Virus record (IMG/VR): IMGVR_UViG_3300010361_000019
Coordinates: 1-41,712 of that record
Direction: 5' to 3' (one strand)
DNA: 41,712 bases
Source of the DNA: a virus
Lineage: Duplodnaviria > Caudoviricetes
The notes under the pieces were generated by a model that made no database searches, had not been told where the DNA came from, and was given only the letters and a program-made list of their open reading frames with translations. A program made the position numbers and the translations under genes. Below, in pieces: positions 26,206 through 35,185 of this stretch. Numbering within the stretch: the stretch's first letter is position 1; every line of letters starts with the position of its first letter.

Positions 26206-28134
26206 TTAATACCGCCTGCCCTGGGTCCGCCAAGACTGGCGCAGCATCTGCGCGTGCAAGGTGTTACGCCGCTGCCGCTTGGCAGAAAAGAACATCTCCA
26301 AGTGATTTTGATTAAACAGTTGCGCTTGGTCAATTATGGATAGCCGCCGCTTGGCCGCTTCCGCCTCGCGGGTGCGCTTCTGGACGACCAGTTGATTAGC
26401 GATCTTGGTTTCCCAGTAATGGACCGCCAGAGCCATGGCGAAGGTGCGGTCGTCGCGCATGCCCCTTGGCGCAGAGATGCTGTCCCCCTCCCGCGCTATC
26501 GACTTCATTTCATTCAGCGTAGCGAACGAGCGGACCCGCAGCTTGCCATTGCCGACAAAGTCACGCAGCCGCTCCATCACCGTGACCTTGAGGCTGATGT
26601 TGGTTTTCCAGTGGTAGTTATAGCCCGCACCCAGCGCATCAGCCCGGTTGTAAATGTATGTTCTTACGTTGCGGAAGATGTCGGCAAGGCCCTTCTCGTC
26701 ATCGCCTGCGGCGTGGCGGGCCTCAACCTTGCCCTTCAGGTTCTTGAGTTCGTTGAAGACGGCGGTTCCGGGTCCATTAAGTTCCAGTATGTAGCGAATT
26801 TGGGCTCGACCTTGACCGTACCACCCAAGGAGTGACGCAATGACCCAAGCAAGTTGGTAAGTGGTAACCAAGGGCCATGAGTACTCTGCGACCTGATCAA
26901 GACCGTCCGCGTAACATCGGCAGACCTGTATCGCCGAGTTGTCATTTTCTTCGTTCTCCCCATAGGCCGGATCGCACGACAGAACATATTCGCCATCCGG
27001 ATCAGGCTCCTCCCAGACCTTCAGTTCGGTCATCTTTAGGTTTTCGGCATGGAAGATACGAGGTGGAAACTCCTCTCCCGCCCAGTACATGTAAGCCTTG
27101 AATTTATTACTGGCGTTCCTGCGGGTTATTTGAGTAAGCGCCTTCGCACCGAAGAACTTTGAGCCAGTCTGCTGAAACGCCTCTTCGGCGGTCCAGGCTT
27201 GTTCGGCGAGCATGACGTTGTCTTCGGCTTCAAACCCGGCATCGGTGTCGCCATCGGGTCGCGCAGTTGGATCGACCTTGCGACGTATCCAAGCAAGCTG
27301 TTCAGGCGTGATCTCAACGCCGTATTGATTGCGGACTTCATTCATGCGCTCCCGCTCGCGCTGCGATGGCGGTTCCCTGCCGTATATCTCAAAGTCGCCA
27401 TCGCCCTGTTCGATCCGCTGGTCCTCCCGCGACCACCATCCCAGGAACAGGGTCTGGCAATGGGAAGTATCGGCGCAGGCATCGTCCCACATGTCCTTCC
27501 ATTGATTGTAGCCGCGCGCAGTGCTTTCGTAGATGTAGAGGCGGTCGGGGTGGAACTCCGACATGGATTGCTCAAATGCCTTCAGACCCTCCGGATTATC
27601 GTAGGAGCACAATTCGGACAGGTGAGCCATTGTTAGGCCCTCAGACCTGCCCAAGGTGCCGGAAGTTGTCCGTTGTTGTGTACCGGCTGACAGGAACAAG
27701 ATGCGGGCGTCATTTTCTAGTTGAAGGCTGTCCCGGTTGCCTGATCCGCCTACTCCCAGAACTCGTGGAAACTTCAGAGAGGGGTCGAGATTTCTGATCA
27801 GCTTACCGAGTTCGATACGAGCGCTATCGCGATGGGGCATCGTATCGAATACCAGAGCCCCTTGCATTCCGTCGTGCATGCCGATGTAGAAAGCGGACAG
27901 AGCGCGCGAAATAGTTGACAGTCCCAACTGTCGGGATTTGAGGACAAAGACTTTGTGCTTGTCTTGCTCCAGCGCGTCGAACACTGATCGGATAAATTGT
28001 CGTTGTCCTGCGTAAAGTCTTTCACCAAGACATATCCTCCCGTACTCCTTGGAGTTGACGTAGGTGCGGGCCAGGAACGCATAGAAGCCGCGTTCCATGA
28101 TCCGGCGCTTCTGCTTGCTCCAGCCCGGCATCAC
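26206..28134 (-). CDS. terL: Terminase large subunit
   Basis: Walker A 'LKSRQLGLST', Walker B 'AHLSE', 'YESTARG' coupling motif, RNase H-like nuclease 'LSCDPAYG...ILELNGPG...DDRTFAMALA'. Confidence 0.93.
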   Translation of the reverse strand: MMPGWSKQKRRIMERGFYAFLARTYVNSKEYGRICLGERLYAGQRQFIRSVFDALEQDKHKVFVLKSRQLGLSTISRALSAFYIGMHDGMQGALVFDTMPHRDSARIELGKLIRNLDPSLKFPRVLGVGGSGNRDSLQLENDARILFLSAGTQQRTTSGTLGRSEGLTMAHLSELCSYDNPEGLKAFEQSMSEFHPDRLYIYESTARGYNQWKDMWDDACADTSHCQTLFLGWWSREDQRIEQGDGDFEIYGREPPSQRERERMNEVRNQYGVEITPEQLAWIRRKVDPTARPDGDTDAGFEAEDNVMLAEQAWTAEEAFQQTGSKFFGAKALTQITRRNASNKFKAYMYWAGEEFPPRIFHAENLKMTELKVWEEPDPDGEYVLSCDPAYGENEENDNSAIQVCRCYADGLDQVAEYSWPLVTTYQLAWVIASLLGWYGQGRAQIRYILELNGPGTAVFNELKNLKGKVEARHAAGDDEKGLADIFRNVRTYIYNRADALGAGYNYHWKTNISLKVTVMERLRDFVGNGKLRVRSFATLNEMKSIAREGDSISAPRGMRDDRTFAMALAVHYWETKIANQLVVQKRTREAEAAKRRLSIIDQAQLFNQNHLEMFFSAKRQRRNTLHAQMLRQSWRTQGRRY

Positions 28135-28383
28135 TCGCCCTTCGGTGTGATCGGCAGCACGTCAGCACCGCCGCCAAGCGCGCGCATCAAGGTAGCGCGC
28201 GTCTTGTTCTTCTTGTTTGCTTGTTCGCGACACATGCGATTTTGCCACCCACGACGGCACCCGCCCCACTTGCTTGCCGCCCTTCATCACCGGCCAATCG
28301 GCATCAGCGGGTCCAGAACGGAACCGTTGGTGTCGGACACGACGTTCTTGGAACCGTAGGGCATAGGGCAAGGTTATCAGGGC

Positions 28384-28593
28384 ATGATGGCGACGCTAAT
28401 CCAGATCATCATAGCCTTAATAGTCGCGGGTTTCATCCTGTGGGCGGTGCGATTGATCCTTGGCTTGATCCCCATGGACGCCTGGATCAAGCAGGTCGTA
28501 GACGTGATCCTAATCATCGCCGTGGTAGCGATTGTCCTGTTCTACGTCCTGATCCCGCTATTGAAGATGCTGCCCGGCGCGCTGCATCTCTAG
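28384..28593 (+). CDS. Small two-TM membrane protein (Thivi_2564-like)
   Basis: 'LIVAGFILWAVRLILGLIPMDAWIKQVVDVILIIAVVAIVL' pattern; opposite strand to its neighbours. Confidence 0.7.
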   Translation: MMATLIQIIIALIVAGFILWAVRLILGLIPMDAWIKQVVDVILIIAVVAIVLFYVLIPLLKMLPGALHL

Positions 28594-28832
28594 CGCATCC
28601 CCCGGAACGCCTGCTGATTGCGCGCTCGCTCGTCCAATTGCTGGCACAGCCCATCCACTTCCGTCTTCAGCTTGGCCCAGAACCGCAAGACATCAGCGCT
28701 GGGATTGACGCTTAATTCTGAGATAATCGGATCGCCGTCCGGGGGCACAATAACCACAGCGCCACCGAAACTGCCTTCACCGTTAAGCTCGATCTTCGCC
28801 GCCATTTCCGTAAACGGCTCGCTTAGCTTCAT
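28590..28832 (-). CDS. Hypothetical protein
   Basis: 80 aa, 'FGGAVVIVPPDG'. Confidence 0.65.
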   Translation of the reverse strand: MKLSEPFTEMAAKIELNGEGSFGGAVVIVPPDGDPIISELSVNPSADVLRFWAKLKTEVDGLCQQLDERARNQQAFRGMR

Positions 28833-28933
28833 CGAACGCTTCCCGTGATAACCGCGTGAACGATAAACCGTAACACTCCGCCGCCGCCCATTGCTTGCGG
28901 ATCATAGCGTCACGTCCCAGCTTTCTCATCGTC

Positions 28934-29149
28934 TCAGAGACGACGATAGCTGTAACGACCTTTGATGTTCTCATTGATGTACTCACCGACGCTTGGCGCA
29001 TTCGCCGTATCTCTAGCCACGTCTTCAGGAACGCCAGCATAGGCGTAAGCCTTGCCTGAGTTGTAGGTGATGATCATAGTCCGACTGTCGGCGTCATACG
29101 AGACGGACTGCGCCATGGACGAGTACACATCTTGCTCGAAACTAGCCAT
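28934..29149 (-). CDS. KTSC domain protein
   Basis: 'SSMAQSVSYD...MIITYNSGKAYAYAGVP...APSVGEYINENIKGRY', a classic KTSC pattern. Confidence 0.85.
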   Translation of the reverse strand: MASFEQDVYSSMAQSVSYDADSRTMIITYNSGKAYAYAGVPEDVARDTANAPSVGEYINENIKGRYSYRRL

Positions 29150-29357
29150 ACAGCAAACGATCCTCATTGTGCCAAATCCATTGGCCGAAGATTAAACGGT
29201 ACTCGCCAATGCATTCTACGGCGTGATTTTCCCAAGGCTCTCTAGCGTTATTAAAATCAACGGCCGATTGATTAAACAATATCAGCTTGTCCGACCAATG
29301 TTCATATTGCTGGCCATCCCACGGTCCTCCACGACATATACCGGCGAAGCTAGCCAT
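29142..29357 (-). CDS. Hypothetical protein (GGPWDG motif)
   Basis: 71 aa, lower GC than flanks, ATGGCTAG overlaps at both ends. Confidence 0.6.
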   Translation of the reverse strand: MASFAGICRGGPWDGQQYEHWSDKLILFNQSAVDFNNAREPWENHAVECIGEYRLIFGQWIWHNEDRLLYG

Positions 29358-29682
29358 AGCGCTTCCTCGCATCCTCCATGATGCCGTGCAGGATCGGCGC
29401 TAAGGTTGCGTCATCATCCTCGATGGTTTCATCAGCAAACGCCAACATTGGCACCTTCAATATCGGCGGCTTCTCAGGATTGTACCAAGGACTATCAGGC
29501 GGAATGCGATAAAGGATAAGGCGGCGTCGATCCTTATTGTGTGGGCCAAGAGCCAAAAACTCCGCTTCACATTCATCCACATAAAGCATTGCCCTCTGCT
29601 TAGTCTTGATCAACTCCATTGCTGGCTTGCGGATGCGATAGTTGCGGCCGGGGAATAGCTGGAAGAACTGCTCGTCAGTCAT
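29350..29682 (-). CDS. Hypothetical protein
   Basis: Start reassigned to the ATGA overlap at 29682 (MTDEQFF...). Confidence 0.65.
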   Translation of the reverse strand: MTDEQFFQLFPGRNYRIRKPAMELIKTKQRAMLYVDECEAEFLALGPHNKDRRRLILYRIPPDSPWYNPEKPPILKVPMLAFADETIEDDDATLAPILHGIMEDARKRYG

Positions 29683-29819
29683 ATGATCCTCACCCAAGCG
29701 ATTGGCTCTCGATGAGGCCAAGTAAATTTACCATGAGCGTAATCAGGAAACCCACTGTAAATGGGTGCCCAAACGCCCATAGCCTCACGCGGTAGCTCCC
29801 AAAACCACAGCGCGGTCAT
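29679..29819 (-). CDS. 46-aa Trp-rich hypothetical protein
   Basis: MTALWFWELPREAMGVWAPIYSGFPDYAHGKFTWPHREPIAWVRII; fills the gap exactly with ATGA overlaps on both sides. Confidence 0.55.
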   Translation of the reverse strand: MTALWFWELPREAMGVWAPIYSGFPDYAHGKFTWPHREPIAWVRII

Positions 29820-30589
29820 ATCCTAACCTCTGGCCATGCGCTGGCCACATCCGCAACCGTGGACAACAGGATATTTACGTTCTGGCGGTCGGTAACAATC
29901 TTGGTATCGGGTGGGACCAGCATCGGGAGGTTGCCATTGTTTTGCAACAGAAACGTTGCCATGTTGCGGTCGCGCAAGTCATGCTGCGTCCTACCCATAG
30001 CTGCAAGCGCTTTCTCGTTCATCTCGCAAATAAAGAACGGTATGCCCTCATAGTTATCTATCGCCGCCACTTCCGCCCCCTCGATATCCAGCTTTGCCAT
30101 GCGGGCTGGACCTATATCGAGCAAGGTAATCGGCTCCATCTCGACGGCCCCATAGCTCTCGCCGGGAAACAGCGAATTACGCCCACCCTGCGCACGCATG
30201 TAGAGCGTCACCGGATCGTGGTTCTTCCATAACGGCTTGCGAACGATCTGAACATTCTTAAGACCGTTCAGTCTTACATTCTCTTCCAGCTTCCAAATGT
30301 TATTCTGCCCCGGCTCGATGGCAATCACCTTGCCTTTAGGCCCAACCAGTTGGGCGAGATAGAGGGTGAAGAAACCGATGTTAGCGCCGCCGTCTATCAC
30401 GGTGTCGCCCGCGCGCACGATGCGTTCCATCGCGCACACCACTTCCGGTTCGCAGATGCCCAGATTTTCGATCTCGGAGACAAGATCAGTGTCGCAGACA
30501 TTGTCTGCGTCATAGGTCATTTCAAACGAGAACTGCCGCCCGTTGACCTTGAAGTCGATCTTGTTTTTCCCCCGCACCAACCCGTTCAT
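29816..30589 (-). CDS. FkbM-family SAM methyltransferase
   Basis: 'VIDGGANIGFFT...KVIAIEP...MAKLDIEGAE'. Confidence 0.9.
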   Translation of the reverse strand: MNGLVRGKNKIDFKVNGRQFSFEMTYDADNVCDTDLVSEIENLGICEPEVVCAMERIVRAGDTVIDGGANIGFFTLYLAQLVGPKGKVIAIEPGQNNIWKLEENVRLNGLKNVQIVRKPLWKNHDPVTLYMRAQGGRNSLFPGESYGAVEMEPITLLDIGPARMAKLDIEGAEVAAIDNYEGIPFFICEMNEKALAAMGRTQHDLRDRNMATFLLQNNGNLPMLVPPDTKIVTDRQNVNILLSTVADVASAWPEVRI

Positions 30590-31946
30590 TGAGTGCCTCA
30601 ACTATGCGATTGAACACCGGACCCCACTGCCGGTCCTTGCCTTGGCGGAATACCCTATGGCGGGGCGACCACAGCATGTCATCGGCGCGGTGGCCGATAC
30701 GGTAATCACGGCCCTGGAACGACGAGGCGATCCAGCATTCCTTCTTGACCATCGCGCAGATATGACCCAGCGCGCTCTCGCAACAGATCACTAAATCCAA
30801 ATCCCGCAAGAGGGATACGGTATCGCAAACGTCTCTGATGTATGGCGAGAGGTTCTTAATAAGTGCATGAGCGCCGATGGCATTGGCTTCTTCGGCATGC
30901 TCGCCGACTTGGATAGAGTAGAGATGCACCCCTGGCACGCGGCATAATTCCAGAAAATACTCGACAGGGATAGTGCGGTACTTATCGATGTCATTGAGCT
31001 TAGACCCTCCCCACTGAATGCCAATATGAAGCTTCTGGTCGGGCACCATCCACGTTGTCGGTAGGTGGAGCACCGGGTAAGAGATTTGCTTCGCCGCCCT
31101 GATCTCTTCATCGCTCAACCTCAACGCAAACGGCAGGCTGACAAACGTAGTCCAGGCGTCAGCCTGCGGGAATGACGACCCGAACGGCAACAAGTTTATG
31201 TTAGGAATATCCACGAACGCATGCATGAACAGCCGCATCAGTTCCGGCTGAACGTAAGCATGAATGAACTTCGCCCGTTTCGATGCGGCGTGGACGAAAC
31301 GGGCAAAACATAATGTATCTCCGAAACCTTGGTCAGCAACCAGAAAGACAATTTTATCTGGTTCTCCCAGCCATTTGGGGTACGGATACTGCAAGAACTG
31401 ATGCAGACGCCACTTGAAGCGGATTTCGAACCGTTCAAACCCTTCCTGTAAGCGCCGACCGAATAATAACGCGAACGCATAGGCCGCCTCCGATACCGGA
31501 TTGTCGGGGTCTAGCTCAAAGCCGCGCTTGGCGTGCTTGATGGCGTTCTCTTCGTCGTCAAGCAGGCTGTAGCACTGCGACAGATTGGTCCACGTACCGG
31601 GATAAGTGTCGTCTAGCTCCAGCGATCTGTTCAGCGCCTTGAGGCTTTCCTCGATCTGACCATCCACGTAAAGCGACCATCCTAGATTGGCATATATCCT
31701 CGCCTCTTCATGTTTGGTGATCTGACATTGCAGGGCGCGGTGATAGGCGGCAATCGAAGTCTTGTAATTGGCCAGTTCGCTTAAGTTATTGCCGTACTGG
31801 TAATAGCCGTGCGCCCAAGTTGGATCGGCGTGGCAGGCGGATGCGAACAACTGAAACGCGGTGGCTAAATTAGTGGAAGCGGACTTGTCCTTAGCGGCGG
31901 CCACGCCTTGATTGTGGAACTGAACCGCAGTCTTACGATCACCCAT
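30522..31946 (-). CDS. TPR - GT-B (GT9-like) glycosyltransferase
   Basis: N-terminal TPRs; 'ADQGFGDTLCFARF', 'IGIQWGGS', 'LYSIQVG', 'LDLVICCESALGHICAM', 'HRVFRQ'. Confidence 0.85.
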   Translation of the reverse strand: MGDRKTAVQFHNQGVAAAKDKSASTNLATAFQLFASACHADPTWAHGYYQYGNNLSELANYKTSIAAYHRALQCQITKHEEARIYANLGWSLYVDGQIEESLKALNRSLELDDTYPGTWTNLSQCYSLLDDEENAIKHAKRGFELDPDNPVSEAAYAFALLFGRRLQEGFERFEIRFKWRLHQFLQYPYPKWLGEPDKIVFLVADQGFGDTLCFARFVHAASKRAKFIHAYVQPELMRLFMHAFVDIPNINLLPFGSSFPQADAWTTFVSLPFALRLSDEEIRAAKQISYPVLHLPTTWMVPDQKLHIGIQWGGSKLNDIDKYRTIPVEYFLELCRVPGVHLYSIQVGEHAEEANAIGAHALIKNLSPYIRDVCDTVSLLRDLDLVICCESALGHICAMVKKECWIASSFQGRDYRIGHRADDMLWSPRHRVFRQGKDRQWGPVFNRIVEALNERVGAGEKQDRLQGQRAAVLV

Positions 31947-32925
31947 TGCGCACCCTGTAATCCGGACGAACGCGCTTCTTGACGTAGTGCGCCACGCGCT
32001 CGATGCCATCGTCCAGTGTTACCCTGGGAGTGTAGTGCCTGTCCATACGGGTAATATCGGCCACCCGCCAGAATACCCCTTCCGGCTTGTCCGGGTCGTT
32101 GCGGACAAGGCGATCCTCACCCATGACCTTGCAGGCGCGATGCGCCAGTTCGCGGAACGACGTGCTGACCCCGGTGCCGATATTGAGCACCGTACCGGGG
32201 GCAGCGTCCATAGTATCCACGACACAGCGCACCACGTCATCGATGTAGACAAAGTCGCGGCATTGATCGCCCGACCCCCACACCCTGACCGGGTCGTCAC
32301 CATTGACGATACGCTTGATGATCGACGGGAACGGATAGTCGAAGCTCTGATCCTCGCCGTAGCCGCCGAACGGCCGGTAAACGTGTACGTCTAACCCGTA
32401 CTCATGCAGCGCATAGTTCGCCAGATACTCCCCCGCCAGCTTGGCAAAGCCATAAGTTCGATCCGGTAGCTCGACCTTCTTTTCGGTGAAGTCCAGCATG
32501 TCTTCCGCCAGCGGCTTGTGGCGTTCCCTGGTCTGCCATGACGGCGGGTAGGCGGCAGGCGAGGAGAAATAGAGCAACCGGGGCATGCGCTTGGCCCGCA
32601 CGATCCAGTTAAACATCTCGGCGTCTATCGCCATGCTGGTGGCGACGGCCAGCGTGTCGTCCTCGATCTTCATGCGCCCGCCGACCACGGCGGCACAATG
32701 CACCACAAGATCAAAGCCGGAAGGCGACAGGGCAGAGAGCAGAGCGCGACAATCGGCAAAGTGAACCTTGAGCTTATTGGTCTTCTCTGGTTTGTGAACT
32801 CAATCTTCGAGCGGCACGCCAGAAATCATGTTGTCGATCAGGGTTACTTCGTCGCCACAGTCGGCGAAGTGCTTGACAAACCTTCGCCCAACGAAGCCGC
32901 ACCCCCCAGTGATCAGAACCCGCAT
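31939..32925 (-). CDS. NAD-dependent NDP-sugar epimerase/dehydratase with in-frame TGA at codon 42 (possible pseudogene or sequence error)
   Basis: GGAG RBS plus MRVLITGGCGFVG at 32925, in frame with 'YFSSPAAY', 'YGFAK' (YxxxK), 'WGSGDQCRDFVYIDD'; TGA at 32800-32802. Confidence 0.85.
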
Positions 32926-33127
32926 ACAGTTCTCCATGAAACGCCCAGTACAGATCGATGCCGTTCTTCTCGTCTATCAGCGGCGGCCATAATCGCACTG
33001 CACCGGACTTATAGAGGCAGTAATAAAGCGGGTGCGTTGCCTTGATATCGGCCTCGCCATGCTCAAGCTGCCACATCGTCTCTTCGTCAATCCGCACGAT
33101 TTGATGCAAGCTTTCAATCGAAGACAT
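32774..33127 (-). CDS. Hypothetical protein overlapping the epimerase 5' end
   Basis: MSSIESLHQIVRID...; fills the gap but overlaps the next gene by about 150 nt. Confidence 0.45.
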   Translation of the reverse strand: MSSIESLHQIVRIDEETMWQLEHGEADIKATHPLYYCLYKSGAVRLWPPLIDEKNGIDLYWAFHGELYAGSDHWGVRLRWAKVCQALRRLWRRSNPDRQHDFWRAARRLSSQTREDQ

Positions 33128-33533
33128 GCCAATCGCCGCAATCTGCCGGTAGATCGGCGGCAAGGCAATCGACCTTCTGATCTATCCGCTCGCCAAAGAT
33201 TTTTGATATCTCATTCTTGGCGCGTGAGCGAACACCGTTGACACTGTGGGTCGCGCGCAGCCGCCCGCCCTTACCCGACTTGCGCGCTATCGCCTCGTTC
33301 TCCCAGATGTAACGGTTGGCGAGCATCAGCACCATGCACAGATAAATCAAGTGCGCCGGATCGGCGTAACGCTCCTGCTTCGCCCACTCGACCATACAGC
33401 TTCGGACATCTTCTTTGAGTAACTCAACTTCCGCCTGATAAGAATGCCGATCAATAAAGATCGACTTCATCAGCGAGATCGACAGGCGGTCAATCAGATC
33501 AGCGATGGTCGGCAGATACTTGCGCTCAGTCAT
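33114..33533 (-). CDS. DUF4254/DUF6165-like helical protein
   Basis: 'TIADLIDRLSI..MK ... ANRYIWENE..AR ... NGVRSRAKNEI', a family pattern often adjacent to GT9-like genes. Confidence 0.65.
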   Translation of the reverse strand: MTERKYLPTIADLIDRLSISLMKSIFIDRHSYQAEVELLKEDVRSCMVEWAKQERYADPAHLIYLCMVLMLANRYIWENEAIARKSGKGGRLRATHSVNGVRSRAKNEISKIFGERIDQKVDCLAADLPADCGDWHVFD

Positions 33534-33687
33534 CTGGCACCGCCATCACCAACACCTTTACAATCGGTGCCCGTTCAACATTAACCCAAGTACTATACAG
33601 TTGATCAAAACTTGGCATGGAATAATGAGCTACTCCCCCATCCTCAAATGTGATTACTAGCTCCAAGTGGTACTGGCGCTCAGTCAT
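33526..33687 (-). CDS. Hypothetical protein
   Basis: MTERQYHLELVITF..., ATGA overlap. Confidence 0.55.
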   Translation of the reverse strand: MTERQYHLELVITFEDGGVAHYSMPSFDQLYSTWVNVERAPIVKVLVMAVPDD

Positions 33688-33905
33688 TGATACTCCCCGC
33701 ACCACTCCCAAGACGACACCACGGGGCGATCCCGCATGATGTAGCCAGTCGTGGAGTTCCAGAAGATGGTCGGCGGATACCGCCAGCAATAGCCCGCATT
33801 GGCAGGTCCGCCCTCAAAGGCCGGTTTGTCAACGCGCTTGCCATCCCTGTCACGGAAGAACCTACAGTGCTGGCAAATACGAACAGTCTCTCGATCTTCA
33901 GTCAT
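33684..33905 (-). CDS. Small Cys-rich metal-binding protein
   Basis: CQHCRFF...GYCWRYPP...WCGEY. Confidence 0.7.
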   Translation of the reverse strand: MTEDRETVRICQHCRFFRDRDGKRVDKPAFEGGPANAGYCWRYPPTIFWNSTTGYIMRDRPVVSSWEWCGEYQ

Positions 33906-35185
33906 AGCGGCGGCAAACTGTAGAAATCAAAGGGGACCGGGGCGTAAGGCTGCGCGTCACGGCAGCGGATACCGTAGAACACCACCCCCGGCGTTAGAGC
34001 GGTGAGCTTTACATTGCGGTAGCCGAAAGCTCCGGGAACGGCGAGTTGCATGACCCCGGTATGCTCCTCCCGCCCCAGCGGAACCTCTGCGGAGAAGCCG
34101 GATAGCTCGTCCTCGACCCTCACGCTGCCGCCCTCTTCGCCCCCGGACGCCACGATGTCTATGGGTCCTATGCAGGGGATGGTGGCCATAGGGGCAGTGG
34201 TGGCGTCGATGTCCTGATTGCCGCCGCCGTTGAACTTGCGCCGTCGGGGAACCGCACCTGCCATCCAGGCGAAACAGCCCCAGCCAAGCGACCACTTAAA
34301 GCGCCAATCCCCGCTATAGCTGCCGCACAGAGTGAAGATTTGATGCGGAAAGATCGTCCAAGTATTGTCATAGAACAGTCGCGCTCCAGGGGTAACCGGG
34401 GGCGACCAAAACCCATCCCTGACCTTATGCGTGCGCTCGCAAAACGTCTTGAAGGCGTCGTCATTACGCAGCCCATCCACGGGTTTATCAGCGGACTTAA
34501 GCCCCTGCTTCTCGATATCTTCAAGTTGATGCGCCTTGGCAGGGACCAGCGCCAGCGAGCACATGCCGTGCTGCGCCAGCATCCGGTCGTAAGACCAATC
34601 AGCTACCAGCATCTGCTCCAGGCCCTTGAAAGCCCAGTACCGGCCGATATCGATCCCGGAGAGCATGGAGAACACCTTGCGGTTCTCCCCGGTCCATCCT
34701 GTCCGGTATTGGTTGAGAACGAGGCTGGCGGCCTCGCGGGTGAAGACGATATGCCCCGCCCCAAGGTTGTGCATCACGGCGTAACCGTCGCGCTGGATTA
34801 GAATGCGATCCTCGTAGGTCCGCGCCCCGACCGCCCCCACTTTTAAGTGATCGTGGTAGCCCTGCTCGAATAACCACATGACCGGGTTGAACCAGTCCTC
34901 GTCCAACAGGACATCGTTCTCGCACAGCCCTACGTAGTCGTAGCGAGGTTCCTCGCTGGCGAGCATCTGGGTCAGGGCGGCTACGATATAGCGGCAGGAG
35001 CCGCCCCGCAGCGTCTGCCGGTGCTTGATCCAGCTTTGCTCCGCGAAGAAATCAAGCGGCTCAAGTTCCGTCGAGGCGTCATACCAGTACAGGTCCCAGC
35101 CCTGCTGGGGCAACAGCGGCTGGATCGTGCGCTTGGTCAGTTCCAGCCGGTTCTTGGACGAAAAACTAACGCAGACTTTCGACAT
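33902..35185 (-). CDS. GT-A (GT2-like) glycosyltransferase with C-terminal beta domain
   Basis: 'VSFSSKNRLELTKRTI...WYDAS...YVGLCENDVLLDEDW...VGAVG...ADW'; 427 aa. Confidence 0.75.
   Translation of the reverse strand: MSKVCVSFSSKNRLELTKRTIQPLLPQQGWDLYWYDASTELEPLDFFAEQSWIKHRQTLRGGSCRYIVAALTQMLASEEPRYDYVGLCENDVLLDEDWFNPVMWLFEQGYHDHLKVGAVGARTYEDRILIQRDGYAVMHNLGAGHIVFTREAASLVLNQYRTGWTGENRKVFSMLSGIDIGRYWAFKGLEQMLVADWSYDRMLAQHGMCSLALVPAKAHQLEDIEKQGLKSADKPVDGLRNDDAFKTFCERTHKVRDGFWSPPVTPGARLFYDNTWTIFPHQIFTLCGSYSGDWRFKWSLGWGCFAWMAGAVPRRRKFNGGGNQDIDATTAPMATIPCIGPIDIVASGGEEGGSVRVEDELSGFSAEVPLGREEHTGVMQLAVPGAFGYRNVKLTALTPGVVFYGIRCRDAQPYAPVPFDFYSLPPL

Noticed and set aside
26123-26233. N-terminal extension of the zinc-ribbon ORF
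   Set aside because: It overlaps the terL stop and crosses a hairpin; ATG 26122 is the more plausible start.
28783-29040. 85-aa minus-strand ORF
   Set aside because: It overlaps both KTSC and 28590-28832; only a short internal part might be real, and support is insufficient.
32800-32802. Alternative genetic code or selenocysteine
   Set aside because: TGA terminates many genes in ATGA overlaps; the position is a non-catalytic loop and no SECIS-like support was seen.
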